Source: Lama guanicoe (Eukaryota). Taken from it: a DNA stretch of 64,000 bases. The position numbers and the translations under genes were made by a program. The stretch's first letter is position 1; every line of letters starts with the position of its first letter. Below, in pieces: positions 53,150 through 64,000 of this stretch. Under the pieces are notes generated by a model, which saw nothing but the letters and a program-made list of their open reading frames with translations, was not told the origin of the DNA and searched no databases. The stretch is taken from assembly GCA_013239625.1 (NCBI GenBank), contig MU053629.1, positions 2,197,567 to 2,261,566 on the forward strand, given 5' to 3'.

Positions 53150-54679
53150 GAGAATTCGGAGAAGGTTGGAAAGGCTGGTTAGAGAGCCAGAGGCGCATAA
53201 AGTGCTTACATTTGTAAGAGTCTCTTCCAGTGCCCTGGCTTTTTGCAATAACAGCAGTAACTAGGAGAGTTTGGGTTTCATTTGGGAGACTTCATTTGCT
53301 AGATCTGAAGATTACAAATTTTGGTGGTCTCCCTTTTAGGTCTAGAGTGCAAGAGATTTGATTTTCAGATGAACTAAATCTGTAGTGGACATAGTTTCCC
53401 ATTCTATCCTGGTCCTTTTTACTAGAAGGGGAAGGTCCTGGTTGGGCCCATTAATAAGCACAGAGTTAAAAACTAGCCAGGTAGAATCAACATGTGACGG
53501 GAAACCAGAATTTTGTTTAAAACCAGTCTGAAGTCAATTGTAATAGTCAAGAGCAGCTTCATCAGATTTTTGTGTGCAAGGCTCAATTTTGTTCCAATCA
53601 ACAGACTTTGGAAAAGCCTTAGTATTTGCTCGATGAAGTTGCCTAGCAATAGCTTGAGCCTGCTCTAATAAGTTAGTGGGCTGGTCTCCCAGTTATAATT
53701 CTAGAGATATTTCAGGATTTTCCCAGTTAGCCGTTTTCATCCAGTACTGGGCCTGGCCTTCACTGACAAGTATATGAACTAACTGGTGTAAGTCAGAGAA
53801 ACCAGCTTGATAAGTTTGAATGACTATATTAAATTCCTCAGCAAATCTGTGAGGATCTTCAAATGCTTTGGGAAAATCTTTGACAATGGCTTGGGGTTCA
53901 ATATAAAGGAATGTAAGAAATCAAGGGTTTTGCTTCTGGATCTTCAGAAGACTTAATTTTAAAGGGACATGTTCTGACAAGTTGAGAGGAAGAGGGAGCA
54001 GGGAGAGAGCATAAGTATGAGGAAACTGAGGATACAGAAGGGATGGAAATGGTGCCAGAGGCAGAATCTGGCCACAAGGAGGTGAAGGAGAGCGACAGGT
54101 GGTGCCAAAGGTTGAGCCTGAGACAAAGAAGTCAAAAGGAAAAGCCTGAGACTTTGGGAGCCATTTTAGCTCTTTTTATTCATATATTTGCCTCAGTCTT
54201 TTTTTTTTTTTTAATGCTTTTAAATTTGTGTTTGTTTGGAGGAAATAATTAGGTTTATTTATTTTTAATGGAGGTACTGGGGATTGAACCCAGGACTTTG
54301 TGCATGCTAGGCAGGCACTCTACCACTGAGCTATACCCTCCCCCAACCTCAGTTAGTCTTAAAATCTTATTTTGCAGAGAGGCAATTTTAGGTTCCTGAT
54401 AATGTTTGGAAGTCTCAAAGTACCAGTTGAAGTAGTCATGGAATTCAGCTCTGGAAATTTCTGAGCTACTGTAGTCCAGTTCAGTTTTAAGGAAATGAAG
54501 TTTGGGGATGGTCAAAAATTCCCCATAATGGCTGTTGATATTCTAAATTGCCTTTGGACAGGTCAGTCCATTTAGTTAGAAATGCACATGAGGAAGGACT
54601 ACAGTTTTTAAATAGAAAATTGACCAGAGTCCCAAGGTGAGGGGGTACGCTCAAAATATTTAGATAACTGAGATCCCAT
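53150..54679 (-). pseudogene. gag: ERV gag, disrupted by frameshifts, stops and a SINE
   Basis: ATG at 54679 gives MGSQLSK, an MGxxxS myristoylation consensus. A degenerate CCHC knuckle CCYCKKPGHWKR lies at about 53220-53257. Confidence 0.8.
54199..54344 (-). mobile_element. Camelid tRNA-Ala-derived SINE (Vic-1 type) inserted in ERV gag
   Basis: Reverse complement GGGGAGGGTATAGCTCAGTGGTAGAGTGCCTGCCTAGCATGCACAAAGTCCTGGGTTCAATCCCCAGTACCTCC plus an A-rich tail. Partial TSD cctcagt on both sides. Confidence 0.9.
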
Positions 54680-54948
54680 TTCTTAGAGGTTTTTGCTAGA
54701 GTAAAAGAACAATTTTCAAACAGCTTGCAACTCAGGCAGCCTGTAAGCTAACGCCGGCACTCTAAGGAAATAGCTTGGTCCCGGAGGAACCAGGCCAAAG
54801 GATTTTCAGCCAGTTTCCAGAGAGCAGTCCTTATTCCATAGGAATAGGCCAGTGGCTGAATGAGCAGTTTCAGTAAAGCAGCTCCTATTCCTGGAGGAGT
54901 GGGCCAATGGCTTTTCACCCAGCTTCAGTTAAAACAGTCTGATCTCAA

Positions 54949-55297
54949 GGGGAGGGTATAGTTCAGTGGTAGAGTGCATGCTTAGCATGAACGAGGTCCT
55001 GGGTTCGATCCCCAGTACCTCTGTTAAATAAATAAATAAATATAAATATACCTAATCGCCCCCCCAATAAAAAATTTTAAAAATTTAATTAATAGATTTT
55101 ATTTTTTTTAGAGCAGTTTCAGGTTCACAGCAGATTTGGGGAGAAAATACAGAGTTCGCACATAGCCCTCCCCACCCACACATATACACTCCCCTACCCT
55201 CAACATCCCTCATCAGTGTGGCATTTTTGGTACAATCAATGAACCAACATGGACGCATTATTATCAAATTATTATTATTATTAAAAATTAAAAAACA
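54949..55297 (+). mobile_element. Composite insertion: camelid tRNA-Ala SINE (54949 to about 55084), an antisense old L1 (L1MC-like) 3' fragment (about 55090-55270) and an A-rich tail
   Basis: 18-bp direct repeat aaaacagtctgatctcaa at 54931-54948 and 55298-55315 brackets both parts. Confidence 0.85.
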
Positions 55298-55569
55298 AAA
55301 ACAGTCTGATCTCAAAATCACACTGAAGTGTCAAACAAATACTCACATATAGAACAAAGCTTTAACTGGAAAAACAAAACCTTAAAATAGATCCTGAGTA
55401 AAGCCTGGAGAGCTTCAAACACAAAGAAGGCAAGAGCTCGGATCCAGGAGAAAGAGGTACCTCCAAACTCTGCGGTCAGCAAGAAAAGCAGTGAGCTCAT
55501 GGGATCAGTTGTGAGCACCTCACCTGTTTGCTCATCAGCCTTGGAGCCTTCAGGGGTCTTCGCTGGTCC

Positions 55570-55587
55570 TCTATATATGGGCCACCA
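55570..55587 (-). promoter_or_regulatory. Primer-binding site, tRNA-Ile-like
   Basis: The minus strand reads TGGTGGCCCATATATAG, 3 nt after the 5' LTR. The tRNA-Ile(AAU) PBS is TGGTGGCCCGTACGGGGA; 11 of the first 12 bases match and the mismatch fits CpG decay. Confidence 0.75.
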
Positions 55588-55590
55588 AAA

Positions 55591-55876
55591 TGTTGAACTA
55601 AAACAAAGAGACTGCCACACACATCTCCAGCAAGCCTGGCTTATTCTGGTTCAGCAGAGACTTTGCAGTTGAGCATCTGTGAGCCAATGCAAGTTCCCAC
55701 ACAGCAAGGGAAGAACACTTCTACAGAGGGGAAAGGGGAGTGGGGAGCACTATAGTAAAGAAAAAAAGTCCATGACTTCATTGGCTGAGTCCTTGCCAGG
55801 AAAGAAAAGAGTCTTTCTTCCTCCTGTTGGGCTCAGCTCTGTTTAACTGAAGTTTCTGTTTATCAGTTTTTTTACA
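55591..55876 (-). repeat. ERV 5' LTR (286 bp)
   Basis: Termini TGTTGA...TTTACA on the + strand. Homologous to 48875-49202. CCAAT on the minus strand at 55780-55784. Lies next to the PBS. Confidence 0.9.
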
Positions 55877-55909
55877 CTTTACTTGAGTAGAGTTTCTGGA
55901 GAGAAACAA

Positions 55910-57175
55910 GGAGCATTCAGTCACTCAGCATATGTACACTGAGCACCTACTATATGCCAGATATATTCCTAGTAGTTTTAAAAACTACTAGAAAAACTAC
56001 AGCAGTCAAAAAAGCTGACAAAAATCTTGGCCTTCATAAAGCTTACATGCTAATGGCACTGAACAGACAATAAGCAAGATAAATTAAATTTCTGCAGTGT
56101 TACATACTGATCAATATTATGGAGAAGGGGGGAAAATAGGAAAAGGGAACTAGAGAGAATGTATGTCGGGGGTGGGAATTCCTGAGATGACTTTTGAGAA
56201 AATACTTGAAAGAAATGAAGGGAAAGTAGCTTTGAGAATATGGGGGATGGGGAATGGGATGTTACTGGTAGATGAAATTTCAAATTCAAGGCCCTAAAAT
56301 GGGAACATGTCTGTTGTGTTCAAGGAACAAGTAGGTCGCTGCGCCAGAACAGAAAGTGAGGGGCAGGGTAATAGAAGATGATGTTGATCAGAGAGGTTAT
56401 GAGGGCCAAGATCACATGAGTCCTTAAAGGTCACAGTAAGGATGTAGGTCTTTAATCTGGGTAAAATGGAAAGAATGCTCTGGAATGTATTCAGTAGAGG
56501 AATAATAGGATGTCATTTAGACTTTAACAGGACTTCTGTGGCTCCTGTGTCAAGGATAGGTCAGAGAGGGATAAGGATGGAAGTAAATTAGGAGGCTGTT
56601 GGAATAATTCACGGAGTGCTTGGAGTCAGAGAAGTGGAGATATAGTCTCAAAGTCTGGATGTATTTTGAAAGTTGAGTCAACAAGATTTGCTGACTATCA
56701 GATGTAGAGTAAGAGAGGAGCTAAGTAGGATGGAAATGCCTTTACCCGAAATGGGGAAAACTCAGAGCACGTTGCTCTTGGGAGGGGAGCGGGGCAGTGG
56801 GGGAGTAGGGAGGTGGGAGGGCAGAGGAGTGGTCAAGGGCAAATGGATATCGGAGTTCCGTTTGGGTCAAGTTAAGTTTGAGATCTCTATCAAGGCATCA
56901 GCTGGAAATGCCAAATTTGCAATTACATGTATGAATCTGAGTTCAGGGGAAAGTCTGGTGCTGGAAATAGAAGTTTGAGTCATTAGTTAGTTATAAAGAA
57001 GTAATAGCAAACGGTGCTGAGACACAGCGACCAGAACAGTAAGAAGAAAATCAGGACAATGTGGTGTCCTTGTTCTGAAAGCCAAATGAAGGAAGTGTTT
57101 CTAGAAGGAGAGTGGTCAGCTGAGCACGAGGTTACCAGATCCATGAGGGAAAGTATGCACTGGCTAGAAATGGTA
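55910..57175 (-). mobile_element. L2 fragment
   Basis: Antisense L2 3' end cattcagtcactcagcatatgtacactgagcacctactatatgccag, continuing with ggagttccgtttgggtcaagttaagtttgagat. Confidence 0.7.
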
Positions 57176-57319
57176 AAAATGAGGGCCCTGGAGGTAAAAT
57201 TTACACTCTCCACTACTGTGCTTAGATCAGTCTTGACTGCACGACTGTTTTGAAGTTTTGCGTTGTCCTCTGCAATGAAGCAGTGCTGCTTTGGCACTGG
57301 ATTTTGTTTTGTTTTGTTT

Positions 57320-57485
57320 TTAATTGAAATATAGTCAGTTACAATGTGTCAGTAATGTCCCAGTCATAGGTATATATACATATATTCATTTTCATATTCT
57401 TTTTCATTAAAGGTTATTATAAGATATTGAATATAGTTCCCTGTGCTATACAGATGAAATCTGTTTTTTATCTATGTTTGTAGAT
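57320..57485 (-). mobile_element. Short lineage-specific L1 3' tip
   Basis: ttgaaatatagtcagttacaatgtgtca...gatattgaatatagttccctgtgctataca. Confidence 0.8.
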
Positions 57486-59419
57486 AGTATGGATTTTAAC
57501 ATTGCACTCTTCCTGTGACCTGGGGGAACCTGACTGCTGCCTCATACTCATACCCAAGTCATTTCCCCTTTACCTTGCTCCACTGTTGATCACCTTTAAG
57601 AGGGGAGAATACTCTGCACTCTAAAACTTAATAATGTTTAATGAGATTATGTCTGTGAGGCCCCTGGTAAATATGAAAATAACCACCTAGAGAAACACAA
57701 AGCACTATTTATTACTATTTTTGGCATTATTATTCTGATCTTCACACATGCCAGGTCTTTCCTTATTTTGTGAACACTTACTCCAAATCGGAAGCTTTCT
57801 AAAATGCAAACCAATTTTTCTCTTTCTCTTGAGCCTACTTGCTGCCCTAAAGCTAGCCCCTAATAGAGAAACTAGGTCTGTGAAGTGTTATTTTCTGCTT
57901 TTCCTTCCCGCCCTCTTACTCTCCCAGCTGTCTCAACTCGGAACCTTGTAGGAAGAGAGTTACACTTTAGAAAACTGTTTGCTTTGACATTTAAACAACC
58001 CTTCATTTTGTTTTTCCATATTAGACTCTTTCCTCTTCCCCTCCCATTTCTAGCATTTTGTTTGACCAGGGTTCTTTTCAGCTCATTCGTTATTGCTAAA
58101 ATTTGCAGATTATACCAGAGGAAGGAGACAAATTCATAAACATGTGTTCCTGCGCAGCTGTTTTAAGACTAGGAATAACACTCCTCTTCTCTCTGTACAG
58201 CTGTGCTCATCTGCTCTTGTAAGGAGGTGCCTGTCTCTAAGTCTTACCTTGCCTAGAAAGAAAAGGACTCTGTTCCTATTCAAATTGGTTATGCAGGAAT
58301 CAGAGAAGCCCGTCACTGGGAGGGGACGTCCATTTGAATTCACTTTGCTAACAGCCAGAGAGAATGTAGCCCAATTGCTTCCTTAGGAGGTTTTCCATTT
58401 CCCTTAAGATGCCAGGGCCCTAGAAAGGGATTTGGAATCCTGTCCTTTCCCCCGTTAATGCCCCCTCCCCGCAATCCTTTATGTATCTTTTATCCTAAAA
58501 TGGAGATAAAGGGACATTTTAAGGAAATTGTGTAAAAACTCAGAATCCATTAGAGATAGCTGTGTAATGCCTTCAAGATCAGACTGCTAATAAACGAGAC
58601 CTTCAGTAAATTACTTACCCTTTCTGGGTTTTCTCATTTACAAAGTAGCTTTAACAATCCCTGTACGGCAGGATTGCTGGGAGGGTTGTGCCTTCTCTTT
58701 ATGGACTGCCCTGTTTAAAAAAGTTATTTAAGGCTGTGAATATTTGATAAGATAATGATTATGAAAACACCTAGCACATGATAGATGTTTGATGAATTTT
58801 TCAATTAGAATCCAGTTGACTGAACCAGAGTTCTTTCCTGCCCTACTTTGTAGATTGAGACTTTCTGGTTGGATAATTTTCTTCTTTCTTTCTCTTTTTG
58901 TCTCAGCTTTCCTGTCTGATCTGGTCTTATGATAGAGCATTCTAAAATCTGATTCCAGGAGTTCAAGACTCAAGTCCTGATACTCCATGGTTTTGTCTTA
59001 GCACTCTCTTTGTTTTGATTTATTGAAAGGCTACCATGGGCTAATTACCTAATTTAATTATCTTATCATTTATTTCTGTTTCAGTCTTGTAATATTGATT
59101 AAAAATCTGAGATTCATAGTGGTTAAGTGACATGTCCAAGGTTATCTGTAACAGAGCGAGGATTTGTACTGAGATTTTCTGAGTCCCCGTTCACTGATCT
59201 TTAGACAGCATTCTACATCAAAGAAGAAAATGAATATAGGTGAGTTACTACAGATAGGCCCTGGGAGTGCTTAATCAAATAGTATTTTATTAGTGTATGA
59301 CCAAAGACAAACAAAAGACTAATTCTGGAGTCCCCAGACTTATTCTCTAAATACTTTTCATAGAAAATGTGCCTTGGGACTTCCAATCAAGATGAATTAC
59401 TGTATTCAAACTTTTGACA

Positions 59420-59972
59420 CATCCTTTCTGTTCTGAACACATACCAAGAAGTAAAATATATAAAGTGAAAGTCAGCTGGTGAATGCTATAACAAACGGTG
59501 GTCCATCCACACCATGGCATATCACTCACCAACAGAAAGGACTGAGCTATTGACACATACAAAAACCTGGATTAAGTCTCCAGAGAATTACATGCTGGTA
59601 GGGGGAAAAAAAATCAGTCCTAAGAGATTATACACTGTATGATTCCATTTATATACTGTTTTTGGAATGACAAAATTATAGAAGTGAAGAACAGATTAGT
59701 AGATGCCAGGAATTCAGGAGGGGTGGGGATGGGAGGGAAATAAGTGTAGCTAGAAAAGGCAATGCCAGGCTGTCCTTGTGTTGATGGAAGTATTTTGTAT
59801 CTTCATTGTATCAATGTCAGAATCTGGGTTGGGCTATTATACTGCAGTTTTGATGGAAAATGTTAACCATTGGGGAAACTGACTAAAGGGCATGCGAGAT
59901 CTCTTTTATTACTTCCTACAACTGTAAGTGAATCTACAATTATCTCAGATTTTTTTAAATTAATTTAAAAAA
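59420..59972 (+). mobile_element. L1MC-like 3' end
   Basis: tatacactgtatgattccatttatat...cctacaactgtaagtgaatctacaattatctca. Confidence 0.75.
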
Positions 59973-60484
59973 ATGTAACCATCAGAAATTGAATGCTTAC
60001 CTTATGAAATTAATGTATGGTGCAAAGACTATAATAGGTATGGTTAGAATTCTTAAAGAGAAATAACAATAATGTCTATTAAAAATAAAACTATGAACCA
60101 AACAGCCAGTAATTAAATAATGGCATGTAGACATGAAAAATTAACCAGTTTAAAGTCTTGGAAACGAAAAACAGTCATTGAAATATAATTATATATTATA
60201 GTCATTGAAAATGTTTTTAAAACTCCATACATTAGATAAATTCTAAACTGCATGTACTCAAAGAAAAAAATATAAATTGGAAGAAACAAGCACAAAGAAA
60301 AAAAATTGAGAGAGCAATATGAATCCTGGAAAGAAAAAACAATGAAAGAATGTCAAAAAAGAATACATAAATCTATAATAGGTGATAATTTTTCTGAATT
60401 AGAGAAATTCTAATTAGAAACTTAACTATTTAAGTAGGTTGTACACTCCAAGTGCTATGTGCCAAACATAAAGTAAATACAGTA

Positions 60485-63400
60485 TTCTGGGTAAATATGG
60501 CAGATTGAAAGTACATGTTTACCTCCCACCTTCCCCCTTTATAACCCATTCAAATGTCAGTAAAGGGATTTTGTTTTCTAAGATATAAACTCACAAGCTA
60601 AAGACAGAGAAGATTGCTGCAGACAGGTATAAGTCGGAGAACTTTGGAAACTAGAAACCAGATGCACAAGTGCTGATTTAAAAGACCTGAAAAAACAAAA
60701 GCTTAGTTTTTTACTTGTTTGTTTGTATTTTTACCTGAGGTTGGGAGGAAGGAGAGCCAAGAATAAGGAGTTTATACCACACATATCTAGAAATATTCTG
60801 GAATTGGAAATATCAGAGTACCTCTGAACACAGGGGATATGGGGTGAAGCTGAAAACGGGAAGACTGGCTGAAAGTCTGTACAAGAAGCAAAAGCTGTGC
60901 ATTATTATCCTCATTCTACACAGCTATGCAGCCGCCACTCTGCATTGCAGTAGAAAACTGATGTTTACTCTCTGGAGAGTTTCAGCCAGGGGAGGGACAC
61001 TGGGCATAGAGGAAGTCAGGATGCTGTACCAAGGACTAAGTGAAAATCCATAAAACAGAGAAACTGGCAGGCAGGTAGGAGGTTGAGTTCCTCTCTGAAG
61101 TTTCCAAGTCCTGGAAGGAAGGAAAAATCTCTACCGGTATTCATAATCATGGCTTAATGGAACGGACCACATGTAGTGCTTCCAGTCCAATTTTTAGTAC
61201 CTTTCATTTAAATAGGAACAGACCCAAAGATCACCAAACTTTTGAGGAAAACCTGAAAAACAAGAGAATATAGACCAAAACAAACAGAGAAAAATGAGTT
61301 ATAGGGGAAAGACTACTGAAAGAGCAAAAGACTAGTGAGAGAGAAAAAGAATTATAATTAATATCTTCAGAGAGATAAAATATTGCATCCCGTGAGACAA
61401 GAACAGGATACTTTTTTTAAAAATTAAAAATAAAACAATAAAAATGAAAATTTCAGTGTGTAGCCTAGAAGATGAAGGAAATCCTTTAGAATATAAAACC
61501 AAAAGACAAAGAACTGCAAAACAGGCTAGAAAGATAAGGAAGAGTCTAGAGGTCCAAATAGAAGTTCTAGTAAGCAAGAACAAGCAGTAAGTGTCATTGA
61601 TAAGAAGGCAGAAAATTAATAAGGATATGGAAGATTTGAAAAACAGTATCAGTCAATTTGACCTATCATTTTTAGGCCATCCAACAACTGAAGAATACAC
61701 ATTTTGAAATATTCTTTTTGGGCACATTTGGAATGTTCTTCAAAGTAGACCATATTTTAGACCACAAATTAATTCTCAATAAATATAAAAGGATTGAAAT
61801 CATATACGGTATGCCCTCTGACCACAGTAGAATTATGTTAGAAATCAATAACAAAAAGATAACCTGGAAAATTTCCAGGTGTTTGAAAATTTGACAATAG
61901 TCTTCTAAATAAATCCAGAATCAAAACAAAATAAAACAAAACAAAACCCCATGGAAACTAGAAAATGTTTGACCTGAGTGATTAATGAAGGCATGACAAA
62001 ACTTGTGGGCTGTTAGGGAAATTTATACCCTAAATGCTTATATTGGAAAATAAAGAAAGATCTAAAACAGGGGTTGATGAACCTTCTCTGTAAAGGGCCA
62101 GATAGTAAGTATTTAAGGTTTTGCGGGCCATGCAGCCTGTTACACATACTCAGGCTGCTACACATGCCTTGTGGTGAGATCAGGCATAGACAATGGGCAA
62201 ATGAATAAATGTGGCCATGTTTCAGTAAGACTTTATTTCTGAGCTATATTGAATTTCATGTAATTTCACATGACATAAAATATTCTTCTTTCATTTTTTC
62301 TACCACTAAAAAATATAAAGTCCATTCTTAGATTGTTAATTAATCTTTAAAATATCTTTTTATGACCTTGTGAGAAGACATAAAAAACACAAACCACAAA
62401 GGCAAAACTTGATATGTTTGACTTCATTAAATGTAAAACTAGCCAAATATACTTTAGAAAATAAGCCACCAAAAAAGAAAATGAAGAAGTTAAGTCCATG
62501 TCAGACATTTTATACCAGGTTAAATTCCATATGGATCAAAGATTTAAATATTAAAAATTAAGCCATAAAAATACGAGAAGAAACCATAAGAAAAAACTGT
62601 TAATAAAGTGATGGAATGGGGAAAGCCTTTTGAAATATGACAAAAATTCTGAAGCAATAGAAGACTTACAAACATAACAACATAAATAATTCCTGCAGAG
62701 TATTAACCATTGTTAGCAAATGACAACTGGGGGAAATATCTGATTTGTATCACAGATAAAAGGCTTACTTTAGTATATTAAGAATCACAAATAAGAAAAA
62801 GACTATAATTCAGTAGAAAAATGAGCAAAGGATATGAACAGACAGTTCGCTAGAAAGGAAATACAAATGTCTTGTAATGGTATCTTGTAATGAAGTACAA
62901 ACTCATAATAAGAAACATGACATTAAAACTACATAAAACACCCGTTTTCCCCATCAGATTGGCAAAACCAAAAAGTTTAAAAACACTGTGTTGCCAAAGG
63001 GAAAGAACAGCAGGTGTTCTCATGCGCTGCTGATAGGTGTATAAACTATAGGGCGTTCTGGCAGGCTTAGGAAAAAGCCAAATACAAATGCTCTATGATT
63101 AGCAATTTTACTTACAGGAATTTATCTTACAGACATATAAATGTAAGCAAGATAAAACATTTGTACAGGTTATTCATTCAGCATTATTTGTAATAGAAGA
63201 GTGAACCAACCTGTATATCTGTCAACAGAGAACTGATTAAATAAGTAATGGTACAATTTGAAATCATTCAAATACAGCCAGTGAAAAGAATGAGGTAATT
63301 CTGTGTATACTCATATAGAATGATCCAAAATATATGGTTACATGGAAAATGTGCAGAACATTGGTGTGTGTTGCTACCCTTTGAGGAAGAATGTATAAAC

Positions 63401-64000
63401 ATATTTGCTAATAAATATATGAAATACCTCTGGAGGAATACATGGATATCCATGGATGTTTCTGAGTAGGGGACCTGAAAGGCTGAAGAACAGTGACAGG
63501 AGGGACACTTCATTTTATATTGGGGTTTGCTTGAGGGGTTTTGGTTGGGGTTGTTTGTTTTTATTTTTTGGTTTTTTTGCTACCTTTTAAATTTTGGAGT
63601 GTGACCATATTGTCTGTTCAAAATTATGTTTAAATAAAATGAACATACCGGGAATGTTCATTGTGATGTCATATAAGAGTGGAAATGTGCCCCCCAAAAT
63701 CTAAATTTCCATCAGCAAGAGTGTGTAAAGTGTGGTCAAATAATGCAGTGACATACTTAAGCACAGTTAAAAATAGTTTAAGCTTTTCATGAAATTCGTA
63801 GATAAATCTCAGATGTGTAATGTTAAGTGAGATAGGTAAGTTACACTCCCAGCATGGTCCTGTCAATGGAAAGTTTGAAAATAAAGTAACCATTGCTTTT
63901 CAACTATGATATTATAGTCTTTAAAAAAGAAATTTCATGTAAGTATAGCACAAAATCTTAAATCCATTGAGCTGGGTGGTGGGTACATGAGTTTTTGTTA
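60485..64000 (+). mobile_element. Mosaic of old L1M/HAL1-like fragments (5' region/ORF1, endonuclease at about 61600-62060, 3' region from about 62370 to the end)
   Basis: ccatccaacaactgaagaatacacatt, tagaccatattttagaccacaaa, ctctgaccacagtagaattatgttagaaatcaataac and aaaatgagcaaaggatatgaacagacagtt. Confidence 0.65.
62068..62330. mobile_element. MER58B-like hAT MITE
   Basis: caggggttgatgaaccttctctgtaaagggccagatagtaagtattt. Confidence 0.7.

Larger units (their letters stand above)
48875..55876 (-). mobile_element. Full-length decayed class I (ERV1, gamma-like) provirus: LTR-gag-pro-pol-LTR, no env
   Basis: Two homologous LTRs (48875-49202 and 55591-55876), a 4-bp TSD CTTT at 48871-48874 and 55877-55880, PBS and PPT correctly placed, and gag, PR, RT, RNase H and IN motifs in order on the minus strand. 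Confidence 0.93.

Noticed and set aside
1..64000. CRISPR array, operon or prokaryotic defence system
   Set aside because: No repeat-spacer arrays or gene-dense ORFs. The window is mammalian intronic DNA.
21234..64000. Next ZNF609 exon ([21 protein letters not shown]...)
   Set aside because: Not found by eye or in the ORF track; presumably lies beyond the window.

Overview
AT-rich, CpG-depleted mammalian genomic DNA, most likely camelid (alpaca/camel): it carries five tRNA-Ala-derived Vic-1-type SINEs and artiodactyl-type L1 3' ends. The whole window appears to lie inside ZNF609 on the + strand. The only host exon is a 226-nt coding exon at 21008-21233 ([10 protein letters not shown]...WQETED), which I recognise as the exon after the circ-ZNF609-forming exon; the next exon is not in the window. 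The rest is intron dense with transposon relics (L1, L2, L3/CR1, MIR, MaLR LTRs, Charlie, Tigger and MER DNA transposons). The most informative accessory feature is a complete, decayed class I endogenous retrovirus at 48875-55876, antisense to ZNF609. It has two LTRs, a CTTT target-site duplication (TSD), a tRNA-Ile-like primer-binding site (PBS), gag-pro-pol, a polypurine tract (PPT) and no room for env. Its leader holds a composite insertion in which a young SINE and an old antisense L1 fragment share one 18-bp TSD, suggesting a transduction or chimera. I see no CRISPR array, prokaryotic system or novel intact gene. Repeat family names are recognised by eye, and boundaries of old repeats are approximate.
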